NCBI GenBank assembly: GCA_051294905.1
Contig: CM119372.1
Span: forward strand, 8,248,001 to 8,312,000
Direction of reading: 5' to 3'
Source: Botryllus schlosseri
Taxonomy: Eukaryota
Length of the DNA: 64,000 bases
Position numbers and translations under genes: made by a program. Each line of letters opens with the position of its first letter. Within the stretch, counting starts at the first letter, position 1. Shown piece after piece: positions 38,501 to 53,500 of this stretch. The notes beneath the pieces are model-generated. The model made no database searches, was not told where the DNA came from, and saw only the letters and a list, made by a program, of their open reading frames with translations.

Positions 38501-41500
38501 TCCGAAAAGTGATGCAAACTTAATTCAAACTACTTTCTACTTAACAAAATCAAAAGTGTAAAAAGCAAGTTGTTTTGAATAAAAAAAAAACAATTAAGTG
38601 AAAATGGACGAAATCTGAAGACATAATAATCATTCGTGTAAGCAGTGCAAGCAGGTGAAAACCTACTTGAGCACTCCGAAAGAGTAGTAGTATTTGGTTA
38701 CTGGCCACTTCTAGGTCATTATTCACCATACCGATATATCTTATATATATATATGTTATGTATATCAGGGCTATGCAACCTGCGGGCCGCCGAACAACGG
38801 TCCGAGAAGTGCCAACATTGAACGGCGATTGGCCCGCAAAATAGTTTACTAAGTCAGCTTGTGGTCATGTACGTTTGAGCTAAGCTCAAATGGATCAAGA
38901 GAGTGGACGAATAAACACAACTAACTATGCATATGGTGAATTTGAACAATACAGATGAATATTTTTCCCGTGCCATCGCCGTTACCAATTTCTAATGAAA
39001 TAGCTGAGATCGGCCTTACAACTAGGCTACCAGGGAGCCTATTTGCGGCCCACGGCCCCCCGCCATATTTCTGACTGGCCCACTTATATAAAATCTTGCG
39101 CATGCAAGATGATTCCTGAGTTGTCTACTTATCGCACAGTTTACTTTTGTTTCTGTTGCGGCGGTGGTGCGATGCGTAGCACTATACGTACGCTATTCGC
39201 CACCTCTCGCGCACATAGTTCGTCCGCCTTATAATGTCAGGCATACTCACCTTATAAAATGTATTTCGTCAATTTCAGATCCGTGCGCTTCTGTGCGATG
39301 TCCAGCAAACAGCAATTGTGTTAACGGCGACTGCGTATGCGATGTTGGATTCGAGCTCGTCGATGGGCGTTGCAGAAGTAAGCGTTTCGAGTGCTCCTCA
39401 AATTTTACCTTTAAGGCATTTCAATATGGTATGAATTCAAAACATTTATGAACTCACAGGACGCAACCCGTGTGCTGGAGTTCGCTGCGGCCCCAACATG
39501 AGATGCGTCAGTGGGAATTGTGTGTGTCGTAGTGGATTTGTCCGGGCACCGAATAACAGACCAGGATGCGTTCGACCAGGTTTGACATTTGGTCATCTTC
39601 AGATTACTACTGGTTCCGCCAATCAACCAACTATCAACTCCACCTTCGCACCAAACAATTTTTGTTCATAATCATGGTGTCTCGACATCTTGACAGAGGT
39701 GGTCAAAGTAGTTAACGTTGGTATACTCAATCAGAAGTAGTGGTAACGCCGTAAATTTCAAATCAATTCCAAGAAGCAGTATAAAGTTCCAAGGAATGTC
39801 AAAGTTACTTCAAGTGGATGTAGTAAATAAATACAGGTCTCAAATGTTCTCAAGTGTAGGGAGTTTCCAAAAGTAGATATGGTCAAGAGGTGTCATTCTT
39901 TTAGGAATTAATTAGAATTGGCTTTTTCAAATCGCAGGTTGCATTTGGGTGACGGACTGAAAAATACTAATGACTCCATGAATAGCTGCACTTTTCGGAA
40001 ATATATTCAGTTACCTTGATACGAGCTGGTAATTCACCCAGTTGTTACTACAATCCCGCTCATAAAAAGTGATGCAAACGTCCAAACTACTGTCTGTTTT
40101 GCGAAATCAAAAGTGTAAAAGTAACTATAACTTTGCCCAATAAACTGTTAAGTGGAAGTAATTTATAGAGTCGAGTAGTGCAAATAGGCAAAAACCTATA
40201 CTTACCTACTTATTCCGTTACTGCTGGCCACCCTGCATCTATGGGTCCTGTATCTTTCACCGAACCGATAGATCTTATATGTATAAGAGGTATGCAACTT
40301 GCGGCTCGCCGATACAAATTTTACGGCCCGAGAAGTACCAATATTGAACGGCGTGTGGCCCGCGAAATAGTTTTCTAAGTCAACTTGTGGTATGGTACGT
40401 AATAAATCCTGCGCAATATACATTATGAGTGTGTCTATTAGTTTATTGTAAGCTAATAGGTAATAACCCCAATCACACTATACGATCTTAAATGATAAAG
40501 AAATGTACAAAAAACGGTAAGCTCCAGCGCGCGGCGTGAAGCCTGGCGTCAAGAGTTGCCAACTGCGGGAAGGCTCTGATAGCCGAATTTCTTGTAAAAT
40601 AGCGCCAAACTGACTGAAAAAGTGCTGAATTATGTTAAGTAATAGAAATGACCATATATATATATAAAGAGAAATGAGCTCCAACGGTTCAATTAATTAA
40701 TTAATTAATTAAAATATGTAAAACTTTAAAATTCTAAAACAAAAGCGCCACGAAGAAAAACTATGCAAACTTTCGCATGGATTAGCCCGCTTAGTGGCAT
40801 CACGAATTATATATATGCCCAACGATCTAATCGTGGCCGTTGTTCAACTGCATATATCCAAGAAAGGGAGAGCATGTCTGTAGTACCTATAACTGCTGAA
40901 TGATATAGTTAGGATTACAAACTGGATGTTGCCATGGACCGCAGATTGAATGACCTACTAATATTTCGATGTACGGTAATCCAAGATAATGATTCATAGG
41001 ATGTAAGTCACCTACCAACTTTAATTTCATATTTCTCTTACTCTAACATCAAATGCTTCCTAAGATGCACGAGTAGACAGCACTTGATACTGATCTAATG
41101 TGCTGTTAACAAATTTTCATTGGGATAGTTGAGTAAAGTCGAAAGTGCCAAAATAGTGTCAACGTGCCAAACACCAATTTCCAGTGCCAACCAACGTGAA
41201 AATGGCCAAAGCTCCCAAATGCGCCAATTGGCAACACTGCTGGCGACTGCAAGCAAAGCGTCACGTCTGTCGCGGTCGATTAATGCTCAATTATAATTAG
41301 CCATAATTGAAGAGGGAAACATATTACAGCATAATGACCGTTGAGATATATCAGCACGTTTGAGCTAAGCTCAAATGGGCTAAGAGAAAGGACAAAAACG
41401 CACATATGCATGTGACAACTTATACGCACATGAATATTTCAGACAAAAATCGTACATTAATACACATACAGACCTTGATGACCAGATAAGCCTTGCAACT

Positions 41501-44500
41501 ATTAGAGAGCCTCTTTGCGTTTCACGAAATCACGGCTCCCCTGTACTATTTCTAACTGGTCTGCTTATCAAAAATCGTGCATACACAAACCTGAGCTCCT
41601 GAGTTGTCTACTTATCGTTCGGCTCAAATCCGTTTGTGTTGCACTTGTACTACCTACTTTATTCGCCACCATTCATCCACAGTTTGCCTGCCTTATAATG
41701 TCAGGCATACTCACCATATACAATGTATTTCGTCCATTTCAGATCCGTGCGCTTCGGTGCGATGTCCAGCAAACAGCAAGTGTGTTAACGGCGACTGCGT
41801 ATGCGATGCCGGATTCGAGCTCGTCGATGGACGTTGCAGAAGTATGCGTTTCGAGTGCTTCTCAAATTTTGCCTTTACTCTAGCTAGTCATTTCAATATG
41901 ATGGTATGAATTCAAAATATTTATGAACTCACAGGACTCAACCCGTGTGCGGGTGTTCGCTGCGGCCCCAACATGAGATGCGTCAGTGGGAACTGTGTGT
42001 GTCGCAGTGGATTTGTCCGGGCACCTAATAACAGACCAGGATGCGTTAGGCCAGGTTTGATATTTTGAAGTCTTCAGACTAATATTGGTTCTGCTAATCA
42101 ACCAAATATCGACCGCGCCTTTGCGCACACTTGTTGTTTCATCGTTATGTTGTCTAGACATGTTGGCAGATCTCGTCAAAGTACAGCCGTTGGTACTTAA
42201 GTAGAAGTAAACTATAGTAAATTCCTAGGCATGTCAAAACTACTTGAAGTGGAAGTCGAAAATAAAGGTTTTGAAGTCTCAAGCAAGTAGTTTCCAAAAT
42301 TACATTTGACCGAGGGATGGCATATATCTTTAGCAGTTAATCGGAGGTGGTTTCTTTCAAAATAGCAGGATGCATTTCTGTTGCTGACGGAAAATGACTA
42401 ATCAGCAATCCCCCTGCAAGGCGCAAATTTTGAAAATATATTCGTTCCCGCGACACGGGGCCTATTTTGCCCGGCTGTCATGACAACCTTCCTCCTTAAT
42501 GGGACGCAAACTTATCCCAAACTACAAAACATACAAAACGTAAAAATCATGTAGTTTTTCCCACAAAACTGGTAAATGGAAGTGGAGAAAAGAAAGCAGT
42601 CTGAAACTTCAGCACTTGAGTAAGTACTAAGTAGTGCAACAACGCAAAAACCTATTTGAGTAATCCGAAAAAGTAGGAGTATTTCATTACTGACCACTTG
42701 TGCGACCAGGTCATCACACAGCAAACCGATATATTGTAGGCTATATATATCGGGGGTGCGCAACGTAAGGCTCGCAGAGAACAATTGTGCGGCTATAGGG
42801 TTGCATTTAAAACAAATGGTTGTTTAAAACATGTTTTTTAAACAAGAACCTTTTTTTTAATTTCAAGTTGTAAAATGATGCCATAATTGTGTAAATACTT
42901 TCTAAAAAAAAAGTTGTATGAGCCTGCGGACAATTACCACCCGATATAGCCAACGTATACGATATGGGATGGTTGGAACCCTCAAAATAGTCGGTTGTTT
43001 TAAACATGTTTGTTTTAAATGCAACCCTATGTGAGACCCAAGAAGTGCGAATTTTGAATGCTGTTTGGCCTTTGAACTAGTTTCGAATTCAACTTTATTC
43101 CAGGTAGCAGTGGTACGTTTGAGCTAAAGAGGGCAAAATGAAGATACAAAAGCACTAAAATAAGCATATACCAGTAAATAGCTTTTCCCGTGATTATTTT
43201 TGACAAAATGGATTAAATGACCAGACAATTTTTACCGCGTCATCGCCGTTACCAAAGTTAATGAAAGGGTAGGGATATTGTTCTTGCAACTAGCAGAAAG
43301 TATATGTGCGGCTCGCTGCTCTCTCGTCACTTCTAACTAGCCAGCTCATCTAAAACGTTTAGCATGTAACCCTACTTATGGTTCCTGAGATGGCGACTTA
43401 TCGCGCGGCTCACTTTATTTGGTTTTGCAGCGGTGTTCATTTCGACTGTCTTACTATGTCAGTCATTTTCTCCATATACGATGTATTTCTTAATTTCAGA
43501 CCCGTGCGCTTCGGTGCGATGTCCAGCAAACAGCAATTGTGTTAACGGCGACTGCGTATGCGATGTTGGATTTGAGCTCGTGGATGGAAGTTGCAGAAGT
43601 AAGCGTTCCGAATCCTTCTTAACTTTTTTCTTTGCTGGATAGGAATTTCATTGTGGTTTAAATTCGAACCATTTATGAACTCGCAGGACGCAACCCGTGT
43701 TCTGGAGTTCGCTGTGGCCCCAACATGAGATGCGTCGGTGGGAATTGTGTGTGTCGTAATGGATTTGTACCTGCTCCAAATAACAGACCAGGATGCGTTA
43801 CGCCAGGTTTGAAATTTTGAAGTCTTCAGATTATTGGTTTTCTTCGCGAAATATCGACGATAAGCACTATGGTAGCGCAGTGGTCATGCTAATTTTTACG
43901 TGCTTTATATGCTCTCTCTCTTTTTGATCGAACAGTCGCGCTTAAGGCATTAACTGAGTTTAATCGCGCTAAATAGGGGATTATTCAACAAAAAGTTTCA
44001 AACGGGTATTGCGTGTCCAAACCTGGGAAAGTGCGCCCCTATAGAAGAGTGAAAGCACTTGATAGAGTACAATCTGCAGCTTTCTGGCAAAAATGATAAA
44101 CTATTGAGCCCGTAGAGCTGTTTTAATCCGAGGTTGTGTTAGAACGATTTGGTGTTATACGGCCCCGTAAGTCAGACCGCGATGAGTTTCATCCGATAGC
44201 CGACAAAGGCCATTGATGATGATGATATAACGCGAATTTATAGCATACACTTCCAACTTCCCCATATTTAACTTGTTATATTTGCATTTTTTCTTCTATA
44301 GACCCTTGCGATTCCGTGCAATGTCCGACAAATAGTGAGTGCAGAAACGGAAACTGCGAATGCGTGACTGGATTTGTGCTCATAGACGGATCTTGCAGAA
44401 GTATGTGTGAATTATACATCTAAAAGTTCGGAATTCAATGTACCAATGCCTTTCAACGAATAATGACTTCACAGGACCCAACCCATGCAGTGGAGTCAGC

Positions 44501-47500
44501 TGCGCGACCAACATGAGATGCGTCAACGGGAATTGTGTGTGCAGGAATGGGTTCGTTCCGGCGCCAAACAGCGGACAGGGTTGCGTGAGACCTGGTATGT
44601 TATCACTCAAATGTATGCGGAGGCGAATTGTCAAGATTTGGTCACCCGCCCTCTCAGACAAGCATACAGCGTACGATTTACGCGAATCACCGTATTTATG
44701 ATCCGCCATGTTTACAGATGGTACGAATATGTCGAATCTAGAGACGGACCACTACAAAATCTTCAGCTTTCCCAAATTAGATTCGAATTTAGCTACATAG
44801 TTTCTTTCCAAATTAGATTAGAATTTGAGTTATATCTACACATTTTCTTGCAAATTGAATTATTATTAGTAGAATTACTTAATTCACGAAAAATCAAGAA
44901 ATTCACGAAATTGAATCAAGCTCAGCTTGTATCAAGTCAAACCAGAGTTCATTATCAAAAGCACGAGAATGGCAAATATCTGTAGAGCAGTCTTGGATCG
45001 TTTCGCACTGTACATTTCTCCAGAAGCATTTTCAAGAATACCGGAAATAAGATTAAAAATAAAATTAGAGCATACTAAAATTTCGCGACCGAGATTAGAA
45101 TTAGAATTAGAGCTGAGGAAACATTTCCCCCGGGGCCGAAAGGGGCGCCAGCTACGAAATGGGCGAATGGGGGAAGGGGACTGAGAGCAAACTTTAGCGC
45201 TATGGACTATGGGAAACCGTTTGGGAAAATCCGTAAATTAATAGCTCCCTCTGTGCACCAAAGTCAGATCTATGTATTGTGGTCACGTCGTTCGCGATCG
45301 TGCAAGGTGCATTCAATTGAAAATCGTCACCAACGCTCTCCGTTGATGGTAACTGCTATGTAACATTTACTTAACCAACCAACCAAACAATCACTCAAAC
45401 AACGAGTAGACTAATTATTCAGTGACATGCACTTGTCGAGCGCAAGTTATGAGCACACATTCAAACGCATGTACAACGAGAACGATGAAGTTTTAAGCTT
45501 ATATCGCACCAAAAAGAAGTAAGATGATTTGGAAGAGAAATTGCTTTGGAAGATTGTTTTCACTGATTGTGTGCGTCCTAGAATTTTTGAAAAAAAATGT
45601 GACTCTGACATATCATATATCGGGCTGCCAGTAATTTAGATGGAGACAGAAATTCTACGCCGGGATGCCAAACTTAACTTGTATCACGCGCCGGATTCAA
45701 AACTTTTGGTCGCCCGCGGGTCGGACTATAGTCAAATGATTCCGAAATGTCACCTTCAAATCCACTCCTTCGTTCTTCACTGGTTTGCTTTATCATGCAA
45801 GATATACTTCATAGTATGCAATATATTACAGATCATATGGCTCTATGCTAGCAACCATGTTATTCGCAAACAACCGAGTTGGCAAAATACGATGATTGAC
45901 TTATTAAATGCAGTTATAAACCACAAAAGAAGTTGCTCCAGCAACATGTTGGCATATTTGTATCCTCCCCCCCCCTTTAGTCGTGATGCGGCGTTACCCC
46001 TGCGCATTTGTTGTGAGGCATACAAGTGATTTGACTGTAAACGCGGACGATGGAATTTGATTCAATATTTTAAAACTCAACACTGTCGGCCGATGCATAT
46101 AATGTGGACTATGAACATGCTAGAGATTTGCGGTCTTGGGGGATTACTTACGTTCAAGTATTTCTTACTTAAATTCTCAACTTTTGTTAGAAATGTGCAA
46201 TGGACCAAACAACTTTTTGTCGGGCGTAGGGGACGTTGCGAAAAAAAGTTTGGGAAACTCTCTAATTAAACAATGTTGTCGAATCTCTGGTCTGGTTAAA
46301 TATCTCTAATTAACTGCGTGGACACAGTTGTACAAACATGCATTTGCACTTCTGGATGGCATATTGTATCTATTCTACCCTCTTTATAGATCCATGTAGC
46401 TCGGTGAATTGCGATGTAAACAGCACCTGCGTGAATGGGAATTGCTTATGCAGGCCTGGCTTCGTGCGTGTGGACGGGAATTGCCGAAGTATGATCTTTT
46501 TTATTCTTCATTTTACACGCTAAGGTGCGAGATACGACTGCGCTTTATTTAGGTCCATGCGATTCATTCTGCTCGGAAAATGAAGAATGTACTGTCGTGG
46601 GATCGAGACCCAGTTGCAGCTGTAAGGCCGGGTTTACATTGAATTCGATTGGGGAGTGCGTAGGTAAAGTGTCTTACATTTATTTGGTGTTTTTGTGCTA
46701 ACAATTTACACGTGATGTATGTCTATTCATTTGCCCCAAGTTCTCAGATTAATCAAATTTGTAAGACCAGTGAATAAGAAAATCGGTACTAGGATTATGA
46801 TTATAATTATGATTATGATAAGAATATAATTTTCTTAGCCTGATATGAGCTGCATTGTACAGTAGGGTTGTTAAAAAATGATTTTTTGGCAAATTTTTGC
46901 GGCTAATAGCTAAAATTATTAGGTTAGCTAAAATAGCATTGCGCACCAAATTCGGCTCAATTCCAACGAGTAGAAGTGAAGCTACCAGAGTTGGAAAATT
47001 TTGAATTTATTATAAAAAAAAGTTATCATTTTTTCCAAATTTTACTGTCTACCCCATGGTATTGTCAAGTTGTCCAAAAACACAATACACAGAAAATCTG
47101 GCTCAATTCCAACAGGTAGAAGCGAAGTTATTGGAATTGAACGTCTTTGATTTGAAAAATTAGTACTTTCTGCATGTGATTAATCCAAGAAATATTGATG
47201 AGAAACTCGAAAACCTTCACTTCTACCGGCTGGAATTGAGTCAAATTTGTTTTGCATGCAATGGGTTGGCCAATAAAATTTGAAAAAAGTCAAAATTTCT
47301 GTATAATAAATTCGATAAACAATAATACAATATAATAAAATTTCCAACTCCATTAGCTACAGTTCTACTCGTTGGAATTCAGACAAATTTTGTGTGCAAT
47401 GATTTTAGCCAACCTAACAATATAGCTAAGCCGTAAATATTCTAAAAATAAGACATGGAAAGGCACGACTTATATTAACCCTGTATTTATTCTATGTCTC

Positions 47501-50500
47501 CATATGTAAATCTGAATAACTGTGTGGGATAGCCAGAGGGGGTATAAAGATACTTTAAGAAATCATTTATCATTCGTCACGTCACTTCATTCTCGTTTAG
47601 CGATTGCGTCCAAGCTATGCGCTGTTACTGTTTTCTCATGTTGCTTTGCGTCTGTATTAGGAAGTGATCCTTGCGCCGGAGTGTCATGCGGGCGAAACAT
47701 GGTATGTAATAATGGCGCTTGCGTATGTCGCCAAGGATTCACACCGGCACCAAATGGTGTAGGATGCGTCACACCACCTCCAGGTGAGAGCCAATAGAAT
47801 GGTCGCAGCAGAGTCTCTATCTGGGCACCGGAAATTTGTGATATCGGTAGCTACTCATTGCTAACAAGTCGTAACGCAAAGAATATTCAATATGCCGGAT
47901 AAGTAAGGTACACGACTTACTTCGACGTTGGGCTCCTAATCAGTTGCGTGATCTACCCAACGTCATTTATGGAATACACCAACATATACATGCAGATGTC
48001 GTCAAAGTAGTCTGCGTTCGTACTCAAGTAGAAGTAACGCTGTAAATTTCCACTCAATTGCAAGTAGAAGTAGTGAATTCCAAGACATGTCAAAATAACT
48101 TGATTGGAAGTAGAAGAGCAATGTACGAAAAGCACGTATGTAAGTAGTTTCAAAAAGTACATTTGGTCGAGGAGGTCACACAGTCTGGCAGTTAATCGAA
48201 GCGGGCTGTTTCCGGAATTTGCGGGGTGCTGCCAAAGGTGTTGCCAAAGTATCCGAAATCTACTTTGTACAATACAAAATCCACGGTTTCAAAGTATATA
48301 TTTTGCCGCAAAAATGGGAAATAGAAGCACGGAAGAAGTCGTAGAACATAACCAATTGAATAAGTCGTGCAAGTAGGCCACATCTACTTTGAGCAATCGG
48401 AATAAGTAGAAGTACTTCGTTACTTGGCGAGTCAATGTGTGGAATAGATTGATCAATATAAAAACATGATCTACTAGTTATAGCAAAAAAAAAATGAGCG
48501 CAACAACCACTATATGGTCCTGTCCGATATACTCAGATCCCTGCCGAAATGTTAACTGTCCGGCGAACAGTAACTGTGTTCTTGGGGACTGCGTCTGCAA
48601 CGCTGGATTCGTAAAGAGAGGAGAGTTTTGTCTACGTGAGTACATGTTTGAAATGGTAGTACTGTTGTGTGGCATGAGTCATGACAAGTATCAATAATGA
48701 CTTTATAAAACTAATAATTTAATGCTACTATATTGTATTGGGGTGGGTTCAACCATTAATGTGGGTAAAGAACGACACTTTGGTGGTGCGAAATATATTG
48801 TAGTTGGAATAATGTCACTCAACTCAACTCCAGTAAATTAACTGAACAATATCGAAAAGTCGAATAATCCTGAACTATGATAATGCGTTAAAACAGGGTT
48901 GTGCTTAAAGCGAAGCTAGAATGTGTCAAATAAGGTCTTTATCCAAAACGTGTTACTAATAACACTGGTCAACACAATTTTTGCTGCAAATTGTCATGGT
49001 GTCTTGGGCCGAAGTATGGGATGGATCGAAGTAACCCTGTTGGTTGCACAAAGTGAAACAGAAGTTTTCAAAATGGAAATTCACGAACCCACCGGCATGC
49101 GAACCCATCAGCTATGATTGTTTTGTTAGCAACCCGATATGCTACACGACGGCCGAATGCGGTCTATGGTTATATTTCTAAACTAATATGTCTTCTGGAG
49201 CAGATTCTATTCATCAAATTCCTTCGCGCTTCGCGCGACTTAGTATCTCGAGATTGCTTGATTCTATTATGGGTGCATTAATATATTTAATATGCATAAT
49301 TTACAGTAATGAGTTCAGCCGCGCAAGCAATTATGAGAGAATTACATCCTAATATCCTATCCCGGGAACAGGACTGTTAGGAACCGGCATATTCTTTGCA
49401 AGAAATTAAGCAAATATTGCGTGCATTGAAAGATCGTTGTAGCAACCCAAATTTATACCCTTCGCGTCCCCTACTTCAAGAACCGCTGGCGTAACCGATT
49501 CCATTGGCAGTTTTAGATAGGCGGTTGGTGGAATTCCTTTCTTTGACATTTAAGACAAAACTAAACCTGTTCGGCACGCCAGTTGGTAATATGTTAACAT
49601 TGACACGCTGCATACGAAAGGTTGCCGACCCCCAACCTGCATGATTCAGATGGCATGCTACCGGTCATTATTCATTGCTTCATATCCTCCCCAGATATCC
49701 GCGCGTAAATAAATACATTCGAAGGGTGATTTTTGCAGGTCCGACCTCGTGTACCGGAGTGCAATGTGGCGCAAATCAGAGATGCGTGAGGGGGACATGC
49801 GAATGCTTGCCGAACTTTGTACCGGTTCCCGAAGGCGTCGAATGTATTCGCGAAAGAGGTCTGAATCATATTCAAGATTTGGACTTCAGTATCAGTTTAT
49901 AAATATTTTCATCATTTCAAAACACCACAAAACTGCGATACAATGAAAAGATAGGAAGGTGTCGAAACGACTTGGAGTAGTCTTTGAAATCAGACACCCA
50001 CATGGCCTAGGCGAAGTAGAGAAAAACATGCACACTGAACGAAGAGTAAAGCAGAGAATATAAAAGGCAAGCGACAAAATGAGGTGGCATGTGGCGGAAG
50101 GCGAGATCAATATGCTAGGTCGTGGTCCGGTAATCCTGAAGGCTGACTAGTAGTCATTTAGAAGAAACTGCTTTTATTTCGACTTCAATGTGGACATGCT
50201 CGACGATTGTCGGGTGGCCGGCGAGATGCTGTTCCACAATTGGGGTCCGGCATACTTGATGGAGCGATGGGTTTGTTTGTATTCCGTCCCGATCATATGA
50301 TAGTTGTTCATAGTTGACGCGCGTGTCGTACTTATGCGCTTTTGACTCCGAGGTGAAGTATAGTCGTTGAAATCTGAGGGGCAGTGACCACAATGGAACT
50401 GATACATAAATTGGTTGGTTGTAGCTTTGTTATATCTTCTGTTTAGAACACCAAATCTTTTGAATAGCGATTTATCAATTGCACATCCAGGCCCCCTCCG

Positions 50501-53500
50501 GGCCCCCTCTTCCTGGCATATGGATGATCAGATGTTGTAGTTTTTGCAGTGGGTCATATCCATGACATCGTTATTATGAGTATAGGGTTCCTGGGCACAA
50601 TTATTTGACCAATCTTATCTGAATCGGGTATTATTAATTCTAACAACTCTTGCCAATAACAGTTATTTTATCTACGACCATTATAGTTTGGATAGTATGT
50701 GTTCGACTCTGGAATCCTTGAAACCTCAATTGGTCGTATTACAGCGTGCGAACTATTTTGTGCAAAGCTACCCACGTTAGTGCAAATGACATTTCTATCA
50801 AGTCGTGATCCACCGAGAGCATTGTCCGAAAATGCGATGAAATGGACATGGTCGTAAAATATCAAATTATATCTAATGTGTTGTAGAACTCGCATATATT
50901 TTTATAGCATAGTATAGTTACATACATGAAGAACTTTTCACATCTTCCATACTGTCATGGCGTGATAATGAGTGATATTCGAATATTCGACTCGAATCGA
51001 CGCTTTATACTCCGTTCAGAATCGCATCACTCAGGAACTCGATTTTTGCCGGTCCTAATGATGAGTATTTCATACATATTAGTGTCTCACGTCGTCTCTT
51101 ACCATTCATCTAACATCTGGTAGTGGTAGTGTGTTCTCGAAACGCAACACTCCTCTCTTGAAACCACTTTCCGATTATTCAAAACACATAGATTACACGT
51201 CACATCTCATTCAAAATACTGAGCACATTTTAAATCACCTGACTCGCTACGCACACACATATGGAACTATATACGAGCCCGTCGCAGTAACCACCAGTCC
51301 AGTATTCGGCAATAACTATTTTAACCTCGCTCCTTTCAGGACAATGGAAAGAGTGGGGAGAGTGGCAGGAATGCTCTCGAACCTGTGATGGGGGCTCCCA
51401 GGTCCGATTCCGAGAGTGCGACGGAAATAATTGCAACGGTGACCCGCTCGAAAGCAGACCGTGCGGAACGCAGGCGTGCGCGAGTGGTGAGTAAGAGGAC
51501 TCTGTATGCCTCAGTACCTATATACGTATCGACAAGTGGTTCGCGCACTTCACTCGATAATGCGATTTTTCTCATGAAGGCCGTTACGCAGTTTTTACAA
51601 ATACCTCCAAGATCACTCGGCAGCATATCGAGTGAGGATGTTTGATATTATTTTTTTACGGGTCGCGCCGATAATATTGAGGATCACGTTGATAGCAATT
51701 AGCACTGGTTATGTCCAAAAATGTGTTGTTGCTGGCCTGGATTTGTAAATCAGGTTCCCAATTAAAGATACAATAGTGATGTTAAGCTTTGAATCAAGTA
51801 TGCTTACGGCATTGGTATTCTCTTCGTGGCATACTTAATTGTTTCTTCACGTGCCGTGCATTCTGCAAAACCAATCACCAGACCAGACCGGGGCAACTAG
51901 ATAATTCTGGTTGTCTAATTTGACCAGTTAGAGCAAAATGTCAGTAATCCAATTATGATCTGCTTTGTGAAATGCATATGCCTAAATTTTAATTCTAATC
52001 TATCTTTGGTTTTCCTGAAGATGTCTTGGAAAACTGTATAGCGCAAAACAAGCCTAGCTTGGTGTACAATTGTACATTAGGGCTGCTCAAAAATAACTTT
52101 TTGTCCGGATTCCAGCCATTCACCGATTAAATTGTCAGGTTACCCTAAAACGATGCACACAAAATTTAGTGCCAACTAGTAGAAGTGGAGCTATTTGAGT
52201 TTTTCGTTGATAATTCTCGGATTATCCTTGATTGGTGGACAAAGAAAAAACTCAAATAACTCCGCTTCTACCTGTTGGAATTGAGTCAAATTTGTTTTGC
52301 ATCGTCTTTGAAGACAGGTCAACAATTTCATGGGTTTGACAGACAAAATTGATTTTTTTGTAATTTTCCCTAATAAATTAAAAAAATTAATTGGATCTGC
52401 GGAGTCTTATACTTGTTAAAATTGAATCAATTTTGGTGCGCAGTGTTTTTATGGGGCAACTTGACAATTTAATTAGTGAATGGCTGGAATCCGGGACAAA
52501 AAGTTATTTTAAACAGCCCTATTGTACGTACAGTCATTTGACATGCTGACGATTATGAGGATGGACTCTAATTTGATGTGTGAACTTGACTCGTCTTGTG
52601 CTGTAGTTCTCTCTAATTTGGAATTTCATTGAATTTCCGAGTTTTTACGAATTCAGTAATTCGAATTTCAACCTATAATTTGAACAAATAAAACTATTTA
52701 TCTATAATTATAGTTCTAGTCAAATCTGGAAAAGCTGAAAATTTGCTAGTTGCCCAACTCAGCGCCATCAATCATAAGCTGTTCGAAGTATATATTCCAA
52801 AGTTGATTGATCAATTATTGTGAACCCAGTCAGAACACATTCTTATTGACTCACTTTTATTTAGATCTATGCGCTGGGATAACGTGCCCAGGAGAACTGT
52901 CATGTACAGCTGGTCGATGCGAATGTCCATCAGGTGCTACAAGAACATCCGACAACAGATGCGTTCGTAAGAGAGCAATAAAAAGAGAGTATTGTACCGA
53001 AACCCTGTAGCCAATACGATATTTCATTCCTTTCAGAGTGTACGGGCGGAAAGCAGTACGCTCAATGCGCTCCCTTATGTTACGATATATGTGGAGGGAC
53101 GGCTACACCTGTCGACATTACCAGTTGCTTCGGCGCCGGCTGCCGGCAGGGAGTAAATTGCGTGTGTCCGCCTGGTCAGGTGGAGCGTAGTTCTACCGAC
53201 TCCACTTGCGTGCAGGCTAACGCGTGTCCAGGTTTGTCCGCTTTATATTTGTAATTTGGCATGGTGTTACCGCCAATTTTGTTGCTCGCCAGGCGAATGG
53301 AGGCCATGGGGCGGATGGGATACATGCTCCCGTACCTGCGGAGGTGGGACGCAAACTCGTGAAAGAACTTGTCGCGGTACCAATTGTGATGGAAATGGAA
53401 GCGAAACTCGCCCGTGCCAGACTAACGCGTGCCCAGGGTCAGGTCCGTGTATACAGGTTTTAGCGGTGTCGTTACGAATAGAATATGAAGCTTTGTTGGC

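Larger units (their letters stand above)
37798..44600 (+). repeat. Intragenic tandem duplications of an exon A + exon B + intron cassette
   Basis: Near-identical exon pairs with homologous intron sequence, including embedded TE remnants, in units starting about 37798, 39279, 41743, 43500 and (more diverged) 44302. Confidence 0.9.

Noticed and set aside
51230..51645. GC-richer patch with overlapping ORFs on both strands in an N2 intron
   Set aside because: No recognisable motif or splice-compatible structure; possibly a repeat fragment, but I cannot support a call.
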